Shown: in pieces, positions 19,885-27,693 of the stretch
Position numbering within the stretch: position 1 is the stretch's first letter
Layout: each line of letters begins with the position of its first letter
Source of the DNA: Polyangiales bacterium
GTDB taxonomy: Bacteria > Myxococcota_A > Polyangia > Polyangiales > Ga0077539
Assembly (NCBI GenBank): GCA_044229975.1
Contig: JBGARZ010000001.1
Coordinates: forward strand, 640,001-704,000
Length of the DNA stretch: 64,000 nt
Direction: 5' to 3'
Notes under the pieces: model-generated
The model's input: the letters and a program-made list of their open reading frames with translations, nothing else
Database searches by the model: none
What the model was told of the DNA's origin: nothing
Position numbers and translations under genes: made by a program

Positions 19885-20940
19885 CTACGCCACGCTCCCG
19901 CGGACGGCCGTCGCGACCTTCACCCACTCGCCGCCCGCCGAGCGCTTGTAGATCACCGACTGCCACACCGTGCGGTCGTCCTCCTCCGCGACGATCTCCG
20001 GAAACCCGTCGCCGTCCAGGTCGAACACCGCGATCGGGCGGACGAACGACCCGTCGCTGCGGGGCCTCACGCGCTCGACCTGCCAGTCGCCCCTCTCCCA
20101 CCGCGCGATGATGATGCCGGCCCGCCCGAACACCAGCCGGACGGTCGGCGCCCCGTCGTCCCGGCCGCGCGGCGCGTCGGACGCCCGGAAGAAGAGCGCC
20201 CGGCTGTGCAGCGGAAGGGGCACCGGGTCGTGGTCGCCCGTCTCCTGCGCGTGGAGGCGGTCGTCCAGGGTGAGCGCCGCGGCCCACTGGTCGAGATCGG
20301 GGTCGTGCCGCGCCGAGGGCGGCGGGCGCCACGGCCCGGACGTCGACGCGAACAGCCCCGACGACCCGTGGTGCTCTGGAACCAGCGTGAGCTCGTCGCA
20401 GTTGGTGACGTCGTAGTACTGGCCGTCCCAGAGCGTCGACTCGCCGACGACCTGACCCCAGCGGTCGATCTCGCGCCAGCGGGTTCCGTGGACGGCGAAG
20501 GGCTCGCAGCAGGGCTGACCCGCGCGCTCGATGCCGCGCGCCGTGACGCGCGCCAGCGGGACGTGCGGCGCGTGCGACAGCCACATCGTCACGCCCGCGC
20601 CGACGGGGCACCGCGGCGAAGCGGGCCGCGACGTCGGTAGCGTCGGGGGCCACTCCGCGTAGAGGAAGTCGTCGCCGTCGAAGAGGGACATCGGGTGCCG
20701 CAGGGTGCGCGGGTTGAGGTCGATCGCCGCGGCCAGACCGCCGTCCACCGCGGAGGCGTCAGGGGCCGACGCGTCGCTCGCGGGCGCGACGGCGACCGAC
20801 GCGTCGACCCGCTGGACGCGGCGCGCGGGCGACCGGTGGGGGTGACAGCCGACGGCTACCAGCGCGAGCCACGCCCCGACGCCCGCGACGCTGAGGGCGC
20901 AGGGCATTCCGGTGCGTAGGCTCTCCCGGCGCGCGTCCAT
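19885..20940 (-). CDS. Lipoprotein with FG-GAP/VCBS-like motif
   Basis: VAVGC lipobox; DLDGDGFPEIV; TACCGT 6 nt upstream of ATG 20940. Confidence 0.7.
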   Translation of the reverse strand: MDARRESLRTGMPCALSVAGVGAWLALVAVGCHPHRSPARRVQRVDASVAVAPASDASAPDASAVDGGLAAAIDLNPRTLRHPMSLFDGDDFLYAEWPPTLPTSRPASPRCPVGAGVTMWLSHAPHVPLARVTARGIERAGQPCCEPFAVHGTRWREIDRWGQVVGESTLWDGQYYDVTNCDELTLVPEHHGSSGLFASTSGPWRPPPSARHDPDLDQWAAALTLDDRLHAQETGDHDPVPLPLHSRALFFRASDAPRGRDDGAPTVRLVFGRAGIIIARWERGDWQVERVRPRSDGSFVRPIAVFDLDGDGFPEIVAEEDDRTVWQSVIYKRSAGGEWVKVATAVRGSVA

Positions 20941-21124
20941 CGGCCGACGGTACACCGCGCCCCCCGATCGCCTGGCACGAACCGGATCGGCCCGCTGCGA
21001 GTGGTCGAGCCGCTGCTGCTTGCCGGGCTGCGATGGGGCTGTGCGGCTTCGAGCAGTGAGCCACGCGCGAGGGCCGATCGGAGGTCCAGCGGGGCACGAT
21101 CATCGGCACGGATCTGCTGCGGTT

Positions 21125-21207
21125 GACCGAACGCCCAGACCGCGAGGTTCACCTGTCAGCGACGTACACCGGGAGCTCAGCGCCCGCCCGCTGGAGAGCT
21201 ACGCTGG
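21125..21207 (+). repeat. Dispersed intergenic repeat, copy C
   Basis: GACCGAAC...AGCGACGTACACCGGGAGCTCAGCGCCCGCCCGCTGGAGAGCTACGCTGG. Confidence 0.85.
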
Positions 21208-21273
21208 CCGCCGCCAGGCCCGCCGACGCGGTGTGCTCCGACGCCAACGCGCTCGTCTGCCGCTCGCGACCCG

Positions 21274-22266
21274 CTACGCCCCGCGCTCGAACCGCAGGCG
21301 CAGCACCTCGTCGTCGAGCTCGCGAGCGATCGCGAGCGCCCGCCGCCGCGCGTCGGCCCCCTCCTCGCCGCCGACGATGCGCCCGAGCATCTGGAGCGCC
21401 ATCGCGCGCATGCGGATGTGGCCACCGTCGCCCGCGTGCCGACACGCCTCGCGGGCCAGCGCCGCGCCCTCATCGGCGAAGCCCTGCTTCCAGCGCGCGT
21501 AGGCGAGCCCGTTCGCCCGTCGACAGCGCGCGAAGGCCGGCGCCCCCTCCGTCGGGATCAGGTGGTACAGCGCCTCCGCGGCGGCCGGGTCGGGCGGTCG
21601 ACCGCCGCGGGCGCGGTTGCGCTCGTACGCGTGGTGGTCGATCCAGCGGGCGTGCAGGCACGCGCGGTCGTGCGCGGGCATCGGGTGCGCGAGCAGGGGC
21701 TCGGCCTCGGCCAGCAGCGATGGCACGCGCGCGGGGTCGTCGCGGCTCGCGAGGAAGGCCTCGACGAGGAGGTGCTCGGCGCGCGCGTCGGCGGGCGCCC
21801 GCGACAGCACCGGGCGGACGCGGGCGAGGTGCGCGCGGGCGGCGTCGCGGTCGTCCGAGCGCAGCGCGCAGGTGACGTGGGCGAGCGCGAGGAAGACGTG
21901 CGAGGCGAGCTCCTCGCTCACGGGCGGACGGTCCCAGAGGCGCACGAGGTCGACGCACAGCGGCACCGGGAGGTCGGTGTAGCGCGAGTGGTACGAGCCC
22001 ATCCAGCGGGCACGCTCGGAGAGGGCGCCGGGCAGACCGAAGGCCGCCAGCGCCCGCGCGCCCCACGCGCCGCCGTCGCCCTGGCCGCGGGTGCGCAGGC
22101 GGCGCAGGGCGCGCTCGATCGAGGCCACGTCGTCCTCGTAGCCGCGGAGCGCCGAAAGGCGCCCGGCCACGGCGGCCAGCGAGCCCTCGCGGGCGACGAG
22201 CCACGCGACGTATTCGCCCCAGGAGAAGCCGGCGGCGTAGCCATGTCCGAAATCGTGTCCGGGCAT
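21274..22266 (-). CDS. Hypothetical helical protein (possible N-terminal HTH + TPR-like repeats)
   Basis: GC3-rich ORF, Ala/Leu/Arg helical pattern, TPR-like C-terminus; divergent from the exonuclease. Confidence 0.65.
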   Translation of the reverse strand: MPGHDFGHGYAAGFSWGEYVAWLVAREGSLAAVAGRLSALRGYEDDVASIERALRRLRTRGQGDGGAWGARALAAFGLPGALSERARWMGSYHSRYTDLPVPLCVDLVRLWDRPPVSEELASHVFLALAHVTCALRSDDRDAARAHLARVRPVLSRAPADARAEHLLVEAFLASRDDPARVPSLLAEAEPLLAHPMPAHDRACLHARWIDHHAYERNRARGGRPPDPAAAEALYHLIPTEGAPAFARCRRANGLAYARWKQGFADEGAALAREACRHAGDGGHIRMRAMALQMLGRIVGGEEGADARRRALAIARELDDEVLRLRFERGA

Positions 22267-22319
22267 CGGGGAGGCCCGGAGGATATCAACGGTCCGGGCG
22301 CACGAAGGAGCGCCATCGC

Positions 22320-22883
22320 ATGACCACCCGACCCGCCTTCTTCCTCGTCATCGACCTCGAGGCGACCTGCGACGACACCGGTGCCATCCCCCCGAAGATC
22401 ATGGAGATCATCGAGATCGGCGCCGTGCTCGTCGACGCCGCCTCCCTCGCGCCCGTCGCGGAGTTCTGGACCTTCGTGCGTCCGGTGATCCGCCCGACGC
22501 TCACGCGGTTCTGCACCGGGCTCACGACCATCGCGCAGGCCGACGTCGACGCGGCGCCGACCTTCCCCGCGGCCGTCGAGGCGCTCGGCCGCTTCGTCGG
22601 CGACCGCGACGCGCTCTTCTGCTCGTGGGGCGACTACGACCGCAACCAGTTCGCCATCGACGCGGCGCGCTGGGGCGTCACCCTCCCGCTCCGCGGCCAC
22701 ATGAACGTCAAGAAGCGCTTCTCCGCCGCCCTCGGCGAGACCCAGCGTTACGGCATGTCGGCCGCTCTCGAGCGGCTCGGGCTCCCGCTCGTCGGCACGC
22801 ACCACCGGGGCATCGACGACGCCCGCAACATCGCGCGCATCCTCCCGTACGGCGTCGGCCGGGTTCCCATTCCCGGCCGGTGA
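22320..22883 (+). CDS. DEDDh 3'-5' exonuclease, ERI-1/KapD family
   Basis: VIDLEATC, EIIEIGAV, FVRP, LTRFCTGLTTI, SWGDYD, HHRGIDDARN. Confidence 0.93.
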   Translation: MTTRPAFFLVIDLEATCDDTGAIPPKIMEIIEIGAVLVDAASLAPVAEFWTFVRPVIRPTLTRFCTGLTTIAQADVDAAPTFPAAVEALGRFVGDRDALFCSWGDYDRNQFAIDAARWGVTLPLRGHMNVKKRFSAALGETQRYGMSAALERLGLPLVGTHHRGIDDARNIARILPYGVGRVPIPGR

Positions 22884-23166
22884 GCGCCCGCGTCGAGGCC
22901 GAGCACCCGCTCGCGCGTCTCGCCGAGCGCGGTGAGCATGAGGATGGGCGTGCTCACTCCGGCGCGCCGCAGCTCGCGGCAGACGGAGAGGCCATCGAGG
23001 TCGGGCAGCATCCAGTCGAGGGCGATGACGTCGTAGAGGCCGTCCGCGGCCTGGGCGAGGGCGTCGGCGCCGCGGCGCAGGTGTCGGCCGCGAAGCCCTC
23101 CTCGGCGAACACCCTGGCGAGGAAGCGCGCGACCTTCCGGTCGTCCTCGACGACGAGCAGCTTCAT
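22884..23166 (-). pseudogene. OmpR-family response regulator remnant (frameshifted, truncated)
   Basis: MKLLVVEDDRKVARFL...ADTC, frameshift near 23075, then GADAL...LDWMLPDLDG...PILMLTA...LGLDAGA. Homology ends at the exonuclease stop. Confidence 0.88.
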
Positions 23167-23383
23167 CGCGCCGACCTTGGCGCCTGTTCGAACCCTGCAC
23201 AGGTGCACCATGCACCTTGCACACGTGTCACGGACTCCGCGCTGACTCGTCGCCGCAGCGCTGCCGCGCACCTTCGCCCACGCGCCCGTATGCGAGTCAC
23301 CTTCGCGCCGGTCACCCAACGCGCACCTGCGGCATCCGTGGACGCGTACGTCGGCCCGGCGTTCGCTGTGCACACGGATCGTT

Positions 23384-24559
23384 GTGAAGAACTTGCTCGC
23401 ACCCAGGTGGCCGCGTCGCTTCGCGCTCGCCGCCCTCATGTCCGTGACGGCCGCTTGTGGCAACGAGGTTGAGCCCATGCGCGACCACGGGTGGCAGGAC
23501 GACTCGGGCGGCGGCAACCCCGACATGGAGGCCACCGGGAGCGCCACCGTGGGACCTCCCATGCAGCGCGACGCGGGGCAGGTCCCCGATCAGCCCGCGG
23601 TCGACCCTGCGGACGCGTCGCCCAACGGCAACAACCCGGGGCCGGACGCAAACGCCGTCGCGAGCATCGCGGGGCGGTCGTGTGGGCGCGGCCTCATGTG
23701 CAACGGCCACTCGTGCTGCGAGACCATCTCCGTCCCTGGCGGAACGCTCCTCTACGGTCGCTCGGTCGCAGGCCAGGACGCGTACAACGTCCCCAACCCG
23801 GAGGAGCTGCCCGAACACCCCGTGACGATCCCGGACTTCTATCTCGACCGCTACGAGGTGACGGTCGGGCGCTTCCGCAAGTTCGTCGAGGCGTGGACGG
23901 GTGCCCCCATTCCGGCTGGCGCTGGCGCCCACCCCGCGGTGCCCGGCAGCGGCTGGCAGGCCGAGTGGAACCGTCAGCTCCCGCCGGACCGCGACGCCTT
24001 TATCGGTGCGCTCCACTGCGCCGGGGGCCTTGAGTCGTGGCACGACGAGGAGGGACCCGACGACGCGCGGCCCATCGGTTGTCTCGACTGGTACGAAGCG
24101 TTCGCGTTCTGCATCTGGGATGGTGGTCGCCTGCCCGTCGAGTCGGAGTGGGAGTACGCCGCGGCCGGCGGCTCGCAGAACCGCCTGTACCCCTGGGGCT
24201 CCGACGAGCCCGACTGCACCCGGGTTCGCCCCTTCGGCAACTGCGCCGGGGCGTCGGACATCCTCGCTCCGGTCGGCACCCGCCCCGCGGGCGCGGGCCT
24301 CTGGGGTCACGAAGACTTCGCGGGCGGTGCCATGGAGTGGGTGCTCGACTACTACGAGAACTACGTCGTCGACCTGCCCGGCCTGCACGCCCGCCTCGAC
24401 CCGCCGTACCGCGCCATGTCGCGGCGCGCGCTGCGGGGTCTGAGCTTCCACGGAGGCGGCGGCGACATGCGCAACACCGACCGCGGCAACGCGCTGCCCA
24501 GCTCCCGCTACGAGCGCTTCGGTGTCCGCTGCGCGCGCAACGTCGCGCCGACCCCGTAG
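23384..24559 (+). CDS. Formylglycine-generating-enzyme (SUMF1/PvdO) family lipoprotein
   Basis: TAAC lipobox; EHPVT..FYLDRYEVT, WYEAFAFC.W..GRLPVESEWEYAA, YPWG, GVRCAR. Confidence 0.9.
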   Translation: MKNLLAPRWPRRFALAALMSVTAACGNEVEPMRDHGWQDDSGGGNPDMEATGSATVGPPMQRDAGQVPDQPAVDPADASPNGNNPGPDANAVASIAGRSCGRGLMCNGHSCCETISVPGGTLLYGRSVAGQDAYNVPNPEELPEHPVTIPDFYLDRYEVTVGRFRKFVEAWTGAPIPAGAGAHPAVPGSGWQAEWNRQLPPDRDAFIGALHCAGGLESWHDEEGPDDARPIGCLDWYEAFAFCIWDGGRLPVESEWEYAAAGGSQNRLYPWGSDEPDCTRVRPFGNCAGASDILAPVGTRPAGAGLWGHEDFAGGAMEWVLDYYENYVVDLPGLHARLDPPYRAMSRRALRGLSFHGGGGDMRNTDRGNALPSSRYERFGVRCARNVAPTP

Positions 24560-24584
24560 CGCGAGCTCGGTTGCATCACCCATG

Positions 24585-24638
24585 AGCGACGTACACCGGG
24601 AGCGCCCCGCCCGGCCGCCCGCTGGAGAGCTACGCTGG
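24585..24638 (+). repeat. Dispersed intergenic repeat, copy D
   Basis: AGCGACGTACACCGGGAGC...CCGCCCGCTGGAGAGCTACGCTGG, nearly identical to copy C. Confidence 0.9.
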
Positions 24639-24683
24639 ATCTTCAGATACGATCACAGGTAGGCGTCGTCCCGGATCCGAGTC

Positions 24684-25253
24684 ATGACTTCCAGCGATCT
24701 CGACGAGCAGCTTAGCAGCAAGGAGAGTCTCTTCCCGGAGCTGTTCAAACACTTCCGGGCTGGAGGTTGGTCTGAGACGTGGCGCGCCCGACCCTCCGAG
24801 GTTGAACGCGAGCCTGTCGACTGGGTAGTCCCATTCCCGATGCACGAACTCGCGAGGGCAATACTGGAACGCTTCCTTGGGCGGCAGTTCCGGACTGTGG
24901 ACGTGCATTTTGGGACTTCGCATCACTGCACGGCCAAGAGCCTGCAGGTGATCAAGCCCTATGAGGTCGAGGAGTACCTCTTGGGAGAGCGCCCCCCTAC
25001 GAAGAGTCGCCCTCCGGCGTTCCCCGTGTGCATGTCGAACTCTTTCGTCATGTTCCTGCGCGAGGACTGGTCGACGGTCATGGTGAGCTACTGCTGGGCG
25101 GAGTTCGTAGTCGTCGACAACCTGTTCGAGATTCTGAACGCGTTCACCACCCACACGTCTCCGTTCCTTCGCGACACGACCCTCTGGACTCTCATCACGG
25201 AGCCCAGCCAGGTTCCGGACCGCGTCCAGAAGACCATCTACCTCACGCCCTGA
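24684..25253 (+). CDS. Divergent SUKH-3-like immunity protein (lower GC)
   Basis: FRAGGW...R, MHELARAILERFLG, PAFPV...FLREDWSTV, NLFEILNAF follow the SUKH-3 pattern by eye; codon usage atypical for the window. Confidence 0.55.
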   Translation: MTSSDLDEQLSSKESLFPELFKHFRAGGWSETWRARPSEVEREPVDWVVPFPMHELARAILERFLGRQFRTVDVHFGTSHHCTAKSLQVIKPYEVEEYLLGERPPTKSRPPAFPVCMSNSFVMFLREDWSTVMVSYCWAEFVVVDNLFEILNAFTTHTSPFLRDTTLWTLITEPSQVPDRVQKTIYLTP

Positions 25254-25432
25254 CTGCACGCGTGCCCTGACGATCCGGGACCGAGAACCCCGAGCCGAGC
25301 GTGAGCTGCTCGACGTCGCGCAGGCCGGGGATCTCCCTCGGCGAGGCTCTCCAGCGGCAGTCAGTTGGTAGGGGGAGAGTCGTACATTGCCGGGCTGTTG
25401 CGGCGATCGCGCGGGAGCATGCAACAACAACT

Positions 25433-25476
25433 GGGAGCGCCGCGCCCGCCCGTTGGAGCGCTGGAGAACTCGCTGG
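25433..25476 (+). repeat. Dispersed intergenic repeat, copy E (partial inverted copy at about 25340-25357)
   Basis: GGGAGCGCCGCGCCCGCCCGTTGGAGCGCTGGAGAACTCGCTGG; upstream GCGAGGCTCTCCAGCG is its near reverse complement. Confidence 0.7.
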
Positions 25477-25521
25477 CGCGTCGAACGGAAAGCGCGTCCT
25501 CGGGGCCCCGCCGAAAAGCGA

Positions 25522-25706
25522 CCGCCCACGCCCGCGGTACGCGGACTTACCCGGAGGGACGCACCCGCCCACGCCCGCGGTCGTCGACTCCGTCGTAGGG
25601 TTAAGGGTGCGGGGAGCAGACGACCGCGGGCGTGGACGGGCGCTTCCCTCCGGGTAAGTCCGCGTACCGCGGGCGTGGACGGGCGCGTCCCTCCGGGTAA
25701 GTCCGC
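25522..25706. repeat. Palindromic element built from 43-bp tandem units
   Basis: Left arm 25522-25585 (about 1.5 units) and right arm 25619-25706 (about 2 units, inverted) around a 33-nt centre. Unit: CCGCGGGCGTGGACGGGCGC(T/G)TCCCTCCGGGTAAGTCCGCGTA. Confidence 0.92.
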
Positions 25707-25868
25707 ATTGGGAGGCGTGAGTGGAGCGCGCCGGAGCGTCCCCGCTGCTCCGTCCGCACCTTCCGCCCTCTCGCGAAGCCCCCGTCGCCCGCCGTCCATC
25801 CCGTCCGACGTCCTCCGTCCACTCCGCGGCCCGTCCCCACTCGCCGCCATCGGCCACCGGAGCGTCCG

Positions 25869-25899
25869 GGACGCGATGGAAGCCCCTCCCATCGCGTCC
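25869..25899 (-). terminator. 11-bp stem hairpin downstream of the helical-protein gene
   Basis: GGACGCGATGG-N9-CCATCGCGTCC, 27 nt after the stop at 25927; no U tract. Confidence 0.5.
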
Positions 25900-25926
25900 A
25901 GAACACATCCACCTACATCCGCAGGA

Positions 25927-26685
25927 CTACCCCTTGGCGGGACCATCGACCGGCGGGGTCACGGGCTCATCCTCGGTCGCCGCGGTGGCCCGGCCGATGG
26001 CCTTGTGCACCCGCGCGGCGCTCTCCGCGTCGCCCAGGAACTCGTACAGCCCCTGGAGGATCCGCGCGAGCCCCACGCGCCGGGCGCGCGCCACTCGCAG
26101 CGTCTTGTCGCGCTTCACCAGCGCGGCCGACTCCTCGCGCGCCTCGCGGGCGAGCGCCTTCAGCGTCTTGTCGAGCGCCGCGGCGTCGTCGGCGATGCCC
26201 GCGACGAGCTTCGGCACGTCGAGCGTCACGCCGCCGCGGGTGGCCTTCGGCGGGTGTGTCTTCACCCGCGCCAGAACGCTTCCTGCCAGCGCGATGAGCG
26301 CGGCCTCGCGCTCGGGGGTGGCGCCGACGAAACCGAGCTCCGTGACGACGGTCTCGTCGCACACCGAGTCGATGGTCTTGCGCAGGCCCACGAGGCGCGC
26401 CGAGAGGGAACCACGCTGCCGTTCGCGGTCGGCGAGGAGGGGCGCGTCGTCGGCGCGCTCGGCCTCCAGCGCGCGCTGCGCCACCTCGGCGTCGCGCGCG
26501 GCGGCGTCGGTGGAGCGGGCGAGCCACGCGAGCACGGGGCCCAGCAACGGGACGCGCTCCTTGGCGTGGGCGACCTCGGCGAAGATCTCGGCGACCTCGT
26601 CGGCGACGCGATCGCCCGCGGTCTCCACGAGCTTCGACAGGTCGAGCGAGGCTTCGGCCGTGCGTGCGGTGTCCTTGGCAGTCAT
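25927..26685 (-). CDS. All-alpha coiled-coil hypothetical protein
   Basis: GGGAGG RBS; ERADDAP...LGFVGATP...LAREAREE...GLYEFLG pattern, a family I recall from myxobacterial genomes (unverified). Confidence 0.75.
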   Translation of the reverse strand: MTAKDTARTAEASLDLSKLVETAGDRVADEVAEIFAEVAHAKERVPLLGPVLAWLARSTDAAARDAEVAQRALEAERADDAPLLADRERQRGSLSARLVGLRKTIDSVCDETVVTELGFVGATPEREAALIALAGSVLARVKTHPPKATRGGVTLDVPKLVAGIADDAAALDKTLKALAREAREESAALVKRDKTLRVARARRVGLARILQGLYEFLGDAESAARVHKAIGRATAATEDEPVTPPVDGPAKG

Positions 26686-27006
26686 CGATGCACCTCCCAG
26701 TGTGTGAGCGCCGCAGCTCCCTCGCGCGGACGCTTGTCGAGTAAAGCGGTAACAGGGAGACGCGGCGCTGGTGAAGGGCGAACGCGCCAACGGGGCACTT
26801 CGTGGGGGCGCTGTGGGAGCGGCGGGGCGTGGGCCTACATCGAAAGCGGTGGTGTCCGTTGTGACCTTGAGAGGCAGGCCATTCAGGGGCAGTTGAGTCG
26901 CGCCGCCTCGTCCGGTCGCAGACCTCCCACCCGTGACGTTGCAGTCCCTCATACCCCGACGCACCCGATAGAGCCCTGCGCCGATCCGTGCTCCCCTCCA
27001 ACGCGC

Positions 27007-27684
27007 ATGCGCCGCTTCAACTTCGCGACCATCACCCTGGACGACCTCCGCAGCGCCGTCACCCTCCACGATCGCGGGTTGCAGCGTGCCCCGTAGGATG
27101 AGTTCGCCCGCGGTGACCTCTCCGTCGAGGAGCAGCAGACCGTCGACCGACTGAGCGCTGACCTCCGGCGCTACCAGCCCAGCCTCGTCAACGAGGCCAC
27201 GGTCTTCGCGCGCTCCGTGTACCCACTCCTCGTGCTCGCTGAGGCCAACGGGGTGCAGGCGTTGGCATGCGTCGCCCTCTCGGCGCAGGTGGGCGACGTC
27301 GAGTTCGCCGGACTCGCCGACGCTGCGATCGGTCGACCGATGGCGGGAGAGCTACGCGCGCCCTTCCTGGTGGTCGTCGAAGCAAAGCGCGGCGTCGAAG
27401 GCGCCAACCCCGTCGCACAACTGTACGCAGAGCTGCTCGCGGCCGCGTGCCTCAATGCGCGCGAGACACCACCGGCGACCGGTCCGGTCTACGGCTCCTA
27501 CACCGTCGCCGACAGTTGGACCTTCGTCGAGCTCACCGCGGAGGGCATCGACACGCCCCGCCCCACGATCTCCATGGTCACTTCACCCGAGTACAGCGAG
27601 AAGGTCGAGGCAGGAACCATCGCGCGCATCCTCAAGTCCGTCGTCGCTGCCTGGCCGCGGCCGACGTACCCACCGCTCGCCTGA
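27007..27684 (+). pseudogene. PD-(D/E)XK nuclease-like gene with in-frame TAG at 27094-27096
   Basis: MRRFNF...QRAP*DEFARG...NEATV... continues in frame into ADAAIG...VVEAKRG...AQLYAELLAA...YGSYT..DSWTF. Confidence 0.8.
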
Positions 27685-27693
27685 CCCCCACCG

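Noticed and set aside
18223..25476. Canonical integron attC array
   Set aside because: No consistent RYYYAAC/GTTRRRY boxes, neighbouring genes are in mixed orientation, and there is no intI in the window. Kept only as a non-canonical repeat.
25522..25706. CRISPR array
   Set aside because: Units are contiguous with no unique spacers, occur in both orientations, and no cas genes are present.
27094..27096. Amber recoding (pyrrolysine or alternative code)
   Set aside because: TAG is a normal stop elsewhere (e.g. 9207, 12566, 52049) and no pyl genes are seen; a TGG>TAG change is simpler.
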